Part shown: piece after piece, positions 45,122-53,454 of the stretch
Numbering within the stretch: the stretch's first letter is position 1
How the letters are laid out: every line of letters starts with the position of its first letter
Source of the DNA: a virus
Taxonomy: Duplodnaviria > Caudoviricetes
IMG/VR virus record: IMGVR_UViG_3300033552_000011
Location: 1-53,454 of that record
Length of the DNA: 53,454 nt
Strand: one strand, 5' to 3'
The notes under the pieces: generated by a model
Told to the model about the DNA's origin: nothing
Database searches by the model: none
Seen by the model: the letters and a program-made list of their open reading frames with translations, nothing else
Program-made: the position numbers and the translations under genes

Positions 45122-45418
45122 TCACCACTCCCAGGGCATACATTTCTGTTCAGTCTTGGGCAGTTTCGCCCAGCTTTTTGGACCCATGAACAGAGTTTTT
45201 CGACCAGTAAGAGGGTCCTCAGCAATCTTGATCACACTATGTGTTCCGAAGAATTCCAGCATCCAAGCGTTGGTTGAGGCTACAAGTTCAGGTGTCTGTA
45301 TGCGTACAAACTCAGGAGAGCATGTCATGCGCGGCTCATAGTCCAGCGCGGGGTCAATCACAATTGGAATGCCAAACATCAGACTGCTCTCCGCACACGT
45401 TGCTTTGCAACCATCCAT
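45122..45418 (-). CDS. hypothetical protein
   Basis: ORF in operon; start uncertain. Confidence 0.6.
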   Translation of the reverse strand: MDGCKATCAESSLMFGIPIVIDPALDYEPRMTCSPEFVRIQTPELVASTNAWMLEFFGTHSVIKIAEDPLTGRKTLFMGPKSWAKLPKTEQKCMPWEW

Positions 45419-45576
45419 TGGATGCGCCGGGGATTCAGCATCTCGAACTCCGGCATAAATTCATTCTCAAATTCGTACTCGAGGCAATCCGTGATGGCAT
45501 TGATGGCGCGCATCAGGTTGTCTTCAGCAATCAGAAGATGAGCGTCGAGCTCTTCTTTGGTATAGGTTTTGTCCAC
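45379..45576 (-). CDS. hypothetical protein
   Basis: 65-aa acidic ORF. Confidence 0.55.
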   Translation of the reverse strand: MDKTYTKEELDAHLLIAEDNLMRAINAITDCLEYEFENEFMPEFEMLNPRRIQWMVAKQRVRRAV

Positions 45577-45914
45577 TCGGGAACCTCAATTTGTAAATTC
45601 TGTTCGAACCAGTCTGCGACGAGACGACGGTGGCAGAAGTCACCTGGCTTCTCATAACAGAGCAGGGTCACATTGTTCCCATATTCCTCGATGATCGCAT
45701 CGTACAATTCCCGTGCGTCGAGATGATCGAGCACACGGAGACTATATTCCATGGTGTAGTCGTGATGACTACCTCCACCTTTGATAGCACGCAGCATGGC
45801 AGGAGTGGGAGCCAGCATTTTCAACTGCGGCCCGCTGTACCATTTCGGTGGATACTGAGAAATACTTAAGGGAACCTCAATGTTCTTAAGGTTCCCGAAG
45901 TAAGATGTTTTCAC
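45531..45914 (-). CDS. DUF488-like protein
   Basis: TSYF, LAPT, LLCYEKPGDFCHRRLVADW. Confidence 0.75.
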   Translation of the reverse strand: MKTSYFGNLKNIEVPLSISQYPPKWYSGPQLKMLAPTPAMLRAIKGGGSHHDYTMEYSLRVLDHLDARELYDAIIEEYGNNVTLLCYEKPGDFCHRRLVADWFEQNLQIEVPEWTKPIPKKSSTLIF

Positions 45915-46177
45915 AGTGACATGCGGACGTACTCACCATCTGGCAACTGCGCCGAGACCTCGATGTCGTAGTATCCACGACCACCAACCGAAACTTGGTA
46001 ATCCGCTAGGTATCCTTGTTGCTTCAACAACGAACACGCACCGAGTGTAAGAACTTTTCGGTACATGTCGCTGGTGGCAACGCCCTCGCACTCGAGGACA
46101 TCGCGCATCATCACAGTCATTTCATCCACACACATAGATGGTGTCGTGTCAATTGCCGGGCGTGATTGGATTTTCAT
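45911..46177 (-). CDS. hypothetical protein
   Basis: 88-aa ORF. Confidence 0.6.
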   Translation of the reverse strand: MKIQSRPAIDTTPSMCVDEMTVMMRDVLECEGVATSDMYRKVLTLGACSLLKQQGYLADYQVSVGGRGYYDIEVSAQLPDGEYVRMSL

Positions 46178-46199
46178 AGGGATTCCAAACTAGGTTAAA

Positions 46200-46844
46200 T
46201 TATTGTTTCTTTTTGAGGGACGGAGTGATCGTGCCTGAGACCGATCCGGTGATCGTGGACTTGCCACTTTCGATCGACTGCGCTGATTCCATTCCACCCA
46301 TCGCACCACCCATCGCCATGACCTTGCCGTATGAACGATGATGGTCGCTGCCTGTGGATACGCGCGAAGACATCAGCTCCCAGGATTTGTACCCGAATGC
46401 TGCAGTCACTGCGTCTGCCTTGGCACGGAAGTTTGTGATTGCTTCAGTCATCAATTCAGCCTCAACGCTGGTACGCAATTTGCGGCTGACCGAATTCTGT
46501 GAACCCTTGACCATCATGGTTTTCACATCAGTGGCAAGCTGCGCAATCTTAGCACTGTCGGTTCCCTTGATAGTGACCCGGGCGATACCAAGGTAACTGT
46601 CCATCTTGCCCTTGGCAGTGTAGACTGGCTCGACTTGGAAACTGTCCGTCGATACTTCAACTTCTTCTGGCTTGAGATGTGGGTGGATCAGATCGAGAGC
46701 TTCACGGATCGCAGCGCGCAGTTGCACTTGAACATCTTGTGCAATGGAACCTTGGCGTTGTGCCTCGAAGAAAATTGCCACGACGTCATTCGATATTTCG
46801 CGTTCCGCAGATCCGTCAATGGTAATGGTTGTTGGTTCAGTCAT
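46200..46844 (-). CDS. SIMPL (DUF541) domain protein
   Basis: ITIDG.A.REI..D, T..FQVEP.Y, EAI..FRAKA..V..AFG, IESG.STIT..VSG. Confidence 0.75.
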   Translation of the reverse strand: MTEPTTITIDGSAEREISNDVVAIFFEAQRQGSIAQDVQVQLRAAIREALDLIHPHLKPEEVEVSTDSFQVEPVYTAKGKMDSYLGIARVTIKGTDSAKIAQLATDVKTMMVKGSQNSVSRKLRTSVEAELMTEAITNFRAKADAVTAAFGYKSWELMSSRVSTGSDHHRSYGKVMAMGGAMGGMESAQSIESGKSTITGSVSGTITPSLKKKQ

Positions 46845-47340
46845 TGAATACTTTCGAGAGGAGGCCGACGTTGTCCGCGTGCGATGGTGCGGACCAGCCA
46901 GCCGGTTTAATAAGGTCAGGAAGTCCGAGAGGGTTTGGTCGGTTCGCATTTACACCTGAATTTTTCTGCATGTTCTTTTCATGGACGCGACGCCATGCTT
47001 CGTCCGAGTTGACATCGAACGCGTTCAGTGTACCGATTGCAACCACGCTCAAGTCAATCAGTGCATCGACAGTTTCGTCGGCACGGTCTTTCGTGAACTC
47101 TGGATCGTTCAATGCAGCATTCATTTCATCCAGTTCTTCTTGGAGGAAGTCGATACGGAACTGAAGGAACTGTTTCAGCTTGTCCTTGTCAAGCGTGCGG
47201 ATTACCGGATTCACGCCGAACTTGTCATGCATCTCTGCAATGTCATTCACCCAGCTGATGCCGCTCTGTGGCATAATTGCTGCGGTGATACCTGGCTCGT
47301 TTACTTCTGATACAAAAGTTGGTGTTTGGGGTTGGCCCAT
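46837..47340 (-). CDS. MazG-like nucleoside triphosphate pyrophosphohydrolase
   Basis: R..FLQEELDE, ETVDALIDL.VVAIG, AW.RVH..NM.K, LIKP.GW.AP. Confidence 0.82.
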   Translation of the reverse strand: MGQPQTPTFVSEVNEPGITAAIMPQSGISWVNDIAEMHDKFGVNPVIRTLDKDKLKQFLQFRIDFLQEELDEMNAALNDPEFTKDRADETVDALIDLSVVAIGTLNAFDVNSDEAWRRVHEKNMQKNSGVNANRPNPLGLPDLIKPAGWSAPSHADNVGLLSKVFND

Positions 47341-47357
47341 TTTTCTCTCCTTCGGGA

Positions 47358-47921
47358 TTATTGCTGCGTTAGGAGAGTGAAACTATTATACCATGATTCA
47401 GGAAACATTACGTCTTTTTCAATGTCGCGCGCTAGCCATTCTTGTAGTCGAGTAATGTTGATCGACCATGGAGTTTCAGGCTTGCCTGTTGCTTTGCAGA
47501 ATACTTTCTTGCCGTCGACAAACAGTTCTACTGCTCCGACTTCCCGGGCGTAGGCGAAGTCAAATACTGAAGTCAGCAGAGCCTCGTTCAGATCTGATCG
47601 TTCGCGATACACGACATAGGTCATGCCATGCTCTTTTGCAAAGAGGAATTCGTTGTGGGAGAGGTAGACGTAGTCAGTCCGCTCGAGACCGTTCTTGTCG
47701 GTGAGAAGTTTCAGATCGAAGTACTGATTGCCGAGTGCGACGTCGTATGGCGCGTCATCAGCTTCTGGAACGGTGAAGCCAGTGTCAGTTGCGAGAGCCA
47801 GGAACTTAAAATTCTTGTCGAGGTCGAGACCTCGCTCGCTGAAGGTCAGCTTGTGAAAGTCTTCTTCGAGTGGGATAGTGCGTGGGAACATGGTGTGTTG
47901 TGTAAGGTTGTCAATACACAA
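47358..47921 (-). CDS. hypothetical protein
   Basis: about 180-aa ORF; YDV...FDLK may be PD-(D/E)XK-like; start uncertain. Confidence 0.65.
   Translation of the reverse strand: MCIDNLTQHTMFPRTIPLEEDFHKLTFSERGLDLDKNFKFLALATDTGFTVPEADDAPYDVALGNQYFDLKLLTDKNGLERTDYVYLSHNEFLFAKEHGMTYVVYRERSDLNEALLTSVFDFAYAREVGAVELFVDGKKVFCKATGKPETPWSINITRLQEWLARDIEKDVMFPESWYNSFTLLTQQ
47385..47393 (-). promoter_or_regulatory. extended -10 promoter
   Basis: TGGTATAAT upstream of the MazG-like gene. Confidence 0.5.
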
Positions 47922-47988
47922 TCATAACACAAACGGAAAAAAGCTCCGATCTGTTTCCAGAACGAAGCTTTTCTTTTGGGGTATATTT

Positions 47989-48318
47989 TTAAACGCCGTG
48001 CTGGTCGACGTAATCTTTCATTGCACCAGACCGGATGAACCATACTACGGCTTCATTGGCGCACATGCGCAGCGCTTTTGTTGCAACACCTTCGCCACCT
48101 GGAACATTGTGTGCTGCATTCCAGATGCGACACAGATCATTGTAACCCAGCGACGACTTTGGATAGTCGATTGGTTTGACACGATACGCGACGTTTGGAC
48201 TCCAGTCTGGATTCGGACAGTCCGACCAGACTTCGATATCTTCGGCTTCACAAAGCATTTGGATATCTGCACCATCCGCGAAAGCGTGGATCAGTTCAGC
48301 GTGGATACGTGGTTTCAT
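47989..48318 (-). CDS. hypothetical protein
   Basis: HAELI.A.ADGA.IQ...W.D...P.W.....YR.KP. Confidence 0.75.
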   Translation of the reverse strand: MKPRIHAELIHAFADGADIQMLCEAEDIEVWSDCPNPDWSPNVAYRVKPIDYPKSSLGYNDLCRIWNAAHNVPGGEGVATKALRMCANEAVVWFIRSGAMKDYVDQHGV

Positions 48319-48569
48319 TAGCGGATCGTTTTCAGGTTTTCGGAAGGGTGTGCCAGCAGGAAGTTGGTAATGTCGAGGCCGAGATTCCGGACAGTGCGGG
48401 CTTTCTCTACCATGCGAGTGGCTTTGGCCACGTTCTCAGGAGTAGCGATACCATGCATCTTCGTGACATCAGCCATCGCGATTTCACGAGCAGCGGTCAG
48501 ATCTTTTTGAGCGCAAACAGCTGTTACAGTAGCCATCGTGAAGAAACCTACTTTGATTTGCTTGGTCAT
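48318..48569 (-). CDS. hypothetical protein
   Basis: start MTKQIK, GGAG SD after an early promoter. Confidence 0.7.
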   Translation of the reverse strand: MTKQIKVGFFTMATVTAVCAQKDLTAAREIAMADVTKMHGIATPENVAKATRMVEKARTVRNLGLDITNFLLAHPSENLKTIR

Positions 48570-48599
48570 TTCAAACTCCGAAATTTTGTCGATGGAATG

Positions 48600-48627
48600 A
48601 TTATACACTATCCATCGAAAATGCACA
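48600..48627 (-). promoter_or_regulatory. early promoter
   Basis: TGTGCA-N16-TATAAT followed by ATCGAC. Confidence 0.7.
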
Positions 48628-48628
48628 G

Positions 48629-48781
48629 TTATTTTTTGACGAAGCCGGCCAACAGAATGCCGGTGATGCAACCACCAACGGCATACGGGATCAGACTTGG
48701 GTCGCTAACCAACAATGCCAACATGAGCAAGCCGGCGATGAACATGAGCAAGCCGGCGATGATGTAAGGTAAATGTTTCAT
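48629..48781 (-). CDS. small membrane protein
   Basis: MKHLPYIIAGLLMFIAGLLML..., two TM segments. Confidence 0.65.
   Translation of the reverse strand: MKHLPYIIAGLLMFIAGLLMLALLVSDPSLIPYAVGGCITGILLAGFVKK
48720..48761. repeat. 21-bp perfect tandem duplication
   Basis: AACATGAGCAAGCCGGCGATG x2. Confidence 0.9.
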
Positions 48782-49023
48782 TTGAGCAACATCATCAAGA
48801 ACCAGGTGATGACTGCCGCCGCGATTGCGAGCTTCCCAAGGTACGGAACGAACCCTAGCAGTGCGCCTTGCCACCACACAACTTGCGGAGCTTTGCCCGC
48901 GTACTCGAGCCAGCTGTTCAGCGTGTATGGCCATAGCCAAGCACAGACCGCGCACCAGCACAAAAGGAAGAACAGACCAAAACCAGCTCCGCTCGTATCA
49001 CGTCTCATATAATGTCTGCTCAT
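48778..49023 (-). CDS. small membrane protein
   Basis: hydrophobic; LWPYTLNSWL. Confidence 0.65.
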   Translation of the reverse strand: MSRHYMRRDTSGAGFGLFFLLCWCAVCAWLWPYTLNSWLEYAGKAPQVVWWQGALLGFVPYLGKLAIAAAVITWFLMMLLK

Positions 49024-49277
49024 GTTTGCTTCCAAACCAGTTCGTAAGGTGGGTTGATTTGCGGCATCACTACGTTGATGCCTTCCGGTTTCTTCATGTT
49101 GAAGATGACAAGTGTGGATGTCACGTTGTCTTCCATGTCGAAGTGCGGACGGCCAGCATAATCATACCATTCGTCCCACGACATATTCACATCCGGCTTC
49201 TTCCGGTGATCCGTGAAAGTCACGGCGAAGTCACTCAGTGGCGCCATTTTAAATTCGCCCGTATTCATTGCGTACAT
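49020..49277 (-). CDS. hypothetical protein
   Basis: start MYAMNTG with GAGG SD. Confidence 0.65.
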   Translation of the reverse strand: MYAMNTGEFKMAPLSDFAVTFTDHRKKPDVNMSWDEWYDYAGRPHFDMEDNVTSTLVIFNMKKPEGINVVMPQINPPYELVWKQT

Positions 49278-49279
49278 GA

Positions 49280-49387
49280 TTACCTCGAGATTTTGTAAAG
49301 GTAAAAGAGTAACGCACATACCCCGAGCACGATGCAGATCGGCTGGACGATGCTCTCACCTATTGCTTGAATTATTTCAACTGTCAT
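49280..49387 (-). CDS. 35-aa single-TM microprotein (absent from the ORF track)
   Basis: MTVEIIQAIGESIVQPICIVLGVCALLFYLYKISR exactly fills the gap between neighbours. Confidence 0.55.
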   Translation of the reverse strand: MTVEIIQAIGESIVQPICIVLGVCALLFYLYKISR

Positions 49388-49388
49388 G

Positions 49389-49877
49389 TTACCACCCCTT
49401 CGCTGCGACCCAGATGTCTACTTCATCACCGGTGATTATACCAGGTTTGTCCCAGGATTGTTTGAGTTCCGGAAAATGTTTCCGCACCTTGTCGTAGACG
49501 AGATGGTTCGGAATGCGACCTGGCGATTCGTGCGAGTCAGCATATTCCCAACCGAGATCAACCAGCAGCGAGACGATTGCGCCACTGCGGCAAATACCGG
49601 CGTGGCAGTTGACCCAAACATTCTTCTTCTCGATCTTGGCTGCCTTGATGAAGTATGCGATCTCAGCAGCTTGAGTGTCTGTGATCTCGCCCTTGCCAAT
49701 CGTCTGCGTGTCGTTGAACTGCAGGAACATGATGCGGTCGAATTTAAATTCGACCTTGACATCATCACCATTCGAATCAGTGATCGAGATCAGCCAATCG
49801 TTCTCGTCAGTGCCGAACGGAAAGTTATGCCCGTTCAGGCCCTGGATTGTCTTGCGCGGGAAGTTCGCGGTTTTCAT
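49389..49877 (-). CDS. tyrosine/dual-specificity phosphatase-like protein
   Basis: LISITD, F.D, VNCHAGICRS (CX5R), PNHLV. Confidence 0.8.
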   Translation of the reverse strand: MKTANFPRKTIQGLNGHNFPFGTDENDWLISITDSNGDDVKVEFKFDRIMFLQFNDTQTIGKGEITDTQAAEIAYFIKAAKIEKKNVWVNCHAGICRSGAIVSLLVDLGWEYADSHESPGRIPNHLVYDKVRKHFPELKQSWDKPGIITGDEVDIWVAAKGW

Positions 49878-50206
49878 GACAGCTTGAGCGTGAACCGCTT
49901 TGCGATGTTCTTCAGCACGACTTCGCTATATTCGAAGCCGCTCTGATCGAGTGCGTCTTTTGCTTTCATGATCAGTTTGCAGTACAGCACGGCAATCGTG
50001 TCCATGTCTTCATCTGACAGCGAACCGTTTTCAAGTTCGATTTCCATGCTGCTGGCGATTGTTTCTGCTTCGAGTGAATCGAGGCCACAGAAGACGAGGT
50101 TGTCACGAAGCTTTTTCATGAAGACGAAACCGGCTGCATCGGCTTGATCGATGTCAGATGCTTCGCGGAGGAAGTCGATCAACTGTTGTGCGAGTGGATG
50201 GGTCAT
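49874..50206 (-). CDS. hypothetical protein
   Basis: 110-aa acidic helical ORF. Confidence 0.7.
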   Translation of the reverse strand: MTHPLAQQLIDFLREASDIDQADAAGFVFMKKLRDNLVFCGLDSLEAETIASSMEIELENGSLSDEDMDTIAVLYCKLIMKAKDALDQSGFEYSEVVLKNIAKRFTLKLS

Positions 50207-50207
50207 A

Positions 50208-50423
50208 TTATCCTTTGATGATTTGTAGAATCTCGCGAGATGTTACGACCTCGCATTGGGCTTGAATCTCCGCGATACGCTTCTTCGGAATATCGTAGTG
50301 CGGGTGGCTGTCATTGTGAAACCAACATCGCTTGATGTTCAGTTGCTCTGCCATTGCGTGTAAGTTCTCGACGCTGTACGGAACACAGACGAGATGTCGG
50401 CCGTTGTCGCAGAAGAACTTCAC
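50208..50423 (-). CDS. DUF4031-like protein
   Basis: HL....ENLH.MA..L.IKR.WF...PHYDI. Confidence 0.65.
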   Translation of the reverse strand: MKFFCDNGRHLVCVPYSVENLHAMAEQLNIKRCWFHNDSHPHYDIPKKRIAEIQAQCEVVTSREILQIIKG

Positions 50424-50644
50424 AGATGCCCGCGGCGATAAAACATTGTGAAACCAAGCAACAGCACATTCAAAAACGGAATGAACGACAACACAAGCAA
50501 CCCGCCGATGAATGCACCAGGCGGATCAGGGTATCCGGGTTCACCAGTGTGTCGCATGATCGTCACGTCTTCCAAGGCTGTGTGCAGGCCGTACAGGAAA
50601 ATGCACGTCGAGAAGACGCAGTAGATAATCAACCAGGTTTGCAT
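50420..50644 (-). CDS. small membrane protein
   Basis: two hydrophobic segments, FIPFLN. Confidence 0.65.
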   Translation of the reverse strand: MQTWLIIYCVFSTCIFLYGLHTALEDVTIMRHTGEPGYPDPPGAFIGGLLVLSFIPFLNVLLLGFTMFYRRGHL

Positions 50645-50895
50645 TATTTGTTCGCCTTGATCAACTGCTCGACTTCACCGGAGCATGGCACCATTGTCAA
50701 CATGCCAGCATTCGAGCCGGCGTATGCCGCGGCGAAGCAAAAACCAGTGCGGGTGTCTTTGCTGTACGTCAGCTTTGGCATCGTGTCTACCGCGCGTTGC
50801 TGGTGGTCAACACACCCACTGAGCGCGGTACCAGTTCCAAAGAGAACTGTAACTGCCGCGACATAGCTGAAAAATATTTTGTTGGATTTGATCAT
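50644..50895 (-). CDS. putative lipoprotein
   Basis: lipobox LSGC; Y.KD.RTG.CFA. Confidence 0.7.
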   Translation of the reverse strand: MIKSNKIFFSYVAAVTVLFGTGTALSGCVDHQQRAVDTMPKLTYSKDTRTGFCFAAAYAGSNAGMLTMVPCSGEVEQLIKANK

Positions 50896-51152
50896 TTGGA
50901 GAGTTTGATGAGTTGTGCTTTGGCCCCGACCAGCTTGTCGGTTTTCAGTTTCAGAGTACGACCGCGCAGCTCGCCATCACAGCAGAGGTTTTCTGGCGAC
51001 AGTTCGTTCTCGACTTTCTCCAGCAGGGTGTCGATATCGCCTTGCGACAGCTTCTTGTGATCGAAGGTTTTCTTGTCTTTCGTGAACGGTGCCCACAGAT
51101 TAACGCCATCGATGAAAGCCTTCAGATGCTGCACGTTGGTGATCGTTGCCAT
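50892..51152 (-). CDS. hypothetical phage protein
   Basis: ELSPENLCCDGE motif; first gene after an early promoter. Confidence 0.75.
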   Translation of the reverse strand: MATITNVQHLKAFIDGVNLWAPFTKDKKTFDHKKLSQGDIDTLLEKVENELSPENLCCDGELRGRTLKLKTDKLVGAKAQLIKLSK

Positions 51153-51181
51153 TTGATGTCCTTGAAAGAGTCGATAGAAAG

Positions 51182-51210
51182 ATTATACACTTGCGCTCTG
51201 CGAATGTACA
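51182..51210 (-). promoter_or_regulatory. early promoter
   Basis: TGTACA-N17-TATAAT + ATCGAC. Confidence 0.8.
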
Positions 51211-51217
51211 GTACTTT

Positions 51218-51544
51218 TTAATTCCAGACGATGGTCCAGCTCCGCCCAACTTTTTTGAGCGTGCCGACTTTGTTGAAGGAAATACCGTCGCTGAAGCAGC
51301 TGTAAATTGGACGACCTTCTTTGGTCGTGAAGGCGAACACTGCTCCGCCTTCTTCAGGCTTGGTCATGATGAAGTAATCGGGCAGGCCGACATTCTTGAA
51401 GTGTTCAATGCGCCGACCACACGTCCGATTATGAACCGCGTTCGAAACACCCCAGCCGTCTTTGTAGCGGTACTCAGCTACGCCAACCGTTACAGCACCG
51501 ATGGTGCGGACTTTGGTGTTCAGTGCGTAGACGTAAGTTCCCAT
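51218..51544 (-). CDS. hypothetical protein
   Basis: 108 aa, GGAG SD. Confidence 0.75.
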   Translation of the reverse strand: MGTYVYALNTKVRTIGAVTVGVAEYRYKDGWGVSNAVHNRTCGRRIEHFKNVGLPDYFIMTKPEEGGAVFAFTTKEGRPIYSCFSDGISFNKVGTLKKVGRSWTIVWN

Positions 51545-51576
51545 GTTCTTTGCTCCAGTGTTTTGTCGATGGAGTC

Positions 51577-51605
51577 ATTATACACGGAACCAGCATTTGT
51601 GCACA
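51577..51605 (-). promoter_or_regulatory. early promoter
   Basis: TGTGCA-N17-TATAAT + ATCGAC. Confidence 0.8.
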
Positions 51606-51612
51606 GTGTTTA

Positions 51613-52716
51613 TTAAGGGGTTACGATAATTTCTTCAGACAGTTGAATTTTGCTTTCATCGAGTGCAACCATCTTCACATCAATATTCAATTTATCAATG
51701 CCACGCAATACACTAACAACAGCAACGCTTCCAATTTCTGCAGCACCAACACGCCATGGCAAGTCCGCTGGTCCGTTGACTGAATCGCCATTGAACTTGA
51801 GAATGATGTCACCAGCTTGAATACCTGCATCTCGTGCTGGTCCGTCTTCTTCTACTCTCGCAACCAGCACGTCACGAGAACTGAAATGCCCGCCGAGTGT
51901 TGCGTCAGCAATTTGTACGCCAAGTCTTGCACGCGTTACTTTACCTGAATTCTTTAACTGGTTGGCAATACGCATTGCTTCGTCGATCGGCACAGCAAAT
52001 GAAATGCCGGCAGAACCACCAGACTGCGTGAGGATTTGTGAATTGATACCAATCACTTTGCCGTCGATGTCGATCAGTGGACCACCGGAATTTCCAGGGT
52101 TAATTGAAACATCAGACTGAATCAGTGGCAAGTACTCGCCGGCATCTCGCGCAGCAGCAGAAATGATTCCAGCAGTCACTGTGTTCTCAAGATTGTACGG
52201 TGAGCCGATTGCAAATACCCACTGCCCAACTTTGATTTTGCTGGACTTGCCGACTGGAATGTGTGGCAAATCTTCTGCGTCTACTTTCAGCAGTGCCACG
52301 TCAGTGCGTTTGTCAAAGCCAAGAACTTTGGCCCTGAACTCTCTGTGGTCGGTAAGTACAACAGTGACATCAGTTGCACCGTCAATAACGTGTGCATTGG
52401 TCAACACATAACCGTCTCTGGAAATGATGAACCCAGAACCGATTCCGCGATCCGGGTCTTCGCTGGAAAGTCGTGGAGCAAAGAAGCCCTGCAGTAAATC
52501 CTTCAGCTCTGCAGGAGTGGAAGCTTTTGCTTTCGGGTTTTCAATGGTGCGAATGTGAACGACACCAGGTCCATCCTCCTCGATCAGTTTGCTGAAGTCG
52601 GGCAGGTTGCTCACGACCGGTTTTTGGTAGATACCAAACATGATGCCGACTCCGGAACTGACAATAGCAGAGGCGATGCAACAGCCGATGATAAGCTTCT
52701 TAGACATGATAGTCAA
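51613..52716 (-). CDS. HtrA/DegP-family serine protease (trypsin + one PDZ, N-terminal TM/signal)
   Basis: GSGFII, TNAHV, DVALLK, INPGNSGGPL, AGIQAGDII. Confidence 0.95.
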   Translation of the reverse strand: MTIMSKKLIIGCCIASAIVSSGVGIMFGIYQKPVVSNLPDFSKLIEEDGPGVVHIRTIENPKAKASTPAELKDLLQGFFAPRLSSEDPDRGIGSGFIISRDGYVLTNAHVIDGATDVTVVLTDHREFRAKVLGFDKRTDVALLKVDAEDLPHIPVGKSSKIKVGQWVFAIGSPYNLENTVTAGIISAAARDAGEYLPLIQSDVSINPGNSGGPLIDIDGKVIGINSQILTQSGGSAGISFAVPIDEAMRIANQLKNSGKVTRARLGVQIADATLGGHFSSRDVLVARVEEDGPARDAGIQAGDIILKFNGDSVNGPADLPWRVGAAEIGSVAVVSVLRGIDKLNIDVKMVALDESKIQLSEEIIVTP

Positions 52717-52737
52717 TCAATAGGGGATGAGATGTAT

Positions 52738-53106
52738 TTAGCATCTCGAAAGCTTCAAAGCTTCTGCGAGTGCCGCTCGACACTGGTCGAGTTCTGATTG
52801 CAGCCGTCGCAGCCGAATTTCTGCAAACGTGTAGATCGTGTACGGGATCGCGCTGTCAATTCCCATAATCGTGCGCAGTTTCTCGAGAGCTTCGATGTCT
52901 TCACGCTCGTGTGGCTCGACGCTCGTCATGAGCTTGCCATTGACGAACACGTCGCCGATGTGCTCACTGACGATCGTCACGTCGCGAATCGACGCTGGCG
53001 TAAAGCAATGTTGCACGAATGCTGACTTGATGTTCAGATCGACTATACCAGGCAGCGGATGCAGATGCTCGATTTCAATACCGAGATGAGATGTGACATA
53101 GGTCAT
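52738..53106 (-). CDS. hypothetical protein
   Basis: 122-aa ORF, C-terminal coiled coil. Confidence 0.7.
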   Translation of the reverse strand: MTYVTSHLGIEIEHLHPLPGIVDLNIKSAFVQHCFTPASIRDVTIVSEHIGDVFVNGKLMTSVEPHEREDIEALEKLRTIMGIDSAIPYTIYTFAEIRLRRLQSELDQCRAALAEALKLSRC

Positions 53107-53306
53107 GGTTGTTCTCTCAGGAATTTACGAATCTCGATTATGCTTTGAACGAAATGCGGCCGGAAGGTTTTCTCATGGCAAAAGTGTCTGCCCTTGACAC
53201 CGCGAATACGAGCAGCTTGACGATATGCCTTCAGTGCTTGTTTCGCGTAGACGATCGCTGCTTCTGTTCCGTCACGGGCTTCCATGAATTTGATTTGAGC
53301 TATCAT
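53103..53306 (-). CDS. hypothetical protein
   Basis: 67-aa ORF with ATGA overlaps. Confidence 0.7.
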   Translation of the reverse strand: MIAQIKFMEARDGTEAAIVYAKQALKAYRQAARIRGVKGRHFCHEKTFRPHFVQSIIEIRKFLREQP

Positions 53307-53454
53307 TTCTTATATGCCCTTCGTTGACGTGCCAGGAAATTACGGCGCTGGCGTTTCTTCTCGGCAGCATCGTCAATCTTGACTGGTTGCACTTCTGTCG
53401 GCACAAGGCCTACAACAATGAGATCGGAAATGCACTTCGACATCTTCCGCTTCG
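53303..53454 (-). CDS. partial hypothetical protein (start outside window)
   Basis: Open frame ...KCISDLIVVGLVP...RRAYKK* ending in an ATGA overlap. Confidence 0.5.
   Translation of the reverse strand, partial: KRKMSKCISDLIVVGLVPTEVQPVKIDDAAEKKRQRRNFLARQRRAYKK

Noticed and set aside
1-53454. tRNA/rRNA genes or stop-codon reassignment
   Set aside because: No cloverleaf or T-loop signature was noticed in the short intergenic gaps (tRNAscan not run), and core genes are full length in the standard code.

Overview
This window is a 53-kb segment of a large T4-related (jumbo) myovirus genome, almost entirely encoded on the minus strand. From left to right it holds: (1) UvsX recombinase, gp32 SSB, a glycosyltransferase and an HD+kinase protein; (2) an early region of small hypothetical genes; (3) a late/structural block (about 9-45 kb) with a tail fibre carrying an S74 chaperone, large terminase plus an ATPase-dead paralog, a probable small terminase, gp4, tail tube, sheath, gp15, gp14, gp13 and a GIY-YIG homing endonuclease; (4) a second accessory region with an exonuclease, Pyr_excise, DUF488, SIMPL, MazG-like, PTP-like and HtrA genes. 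The main signal is about 17 non-core genes scattered through the structural block. They begin with a T4 internal-protein-like capsid-targeting peptide (M-x-T-F-K-Q-F-L-x-E or M-K-L-x-E). Ten of them are paralogs with R / S-T-like / E motifs arranged as in ADP-ribosyltransferases, and they sit beside a tagged zeta-like kinase and a tagged amidoligase. I infer this is a virion-packaged, injected effector arsenal. Three promoter classes can be read directly: early TGT(A/G)CA-N17-TATAAT with a downstream ATCGAC, extended -10, and late (T/C)ATAAATA. Family calls come from motif recognition by eye; no searches were run.
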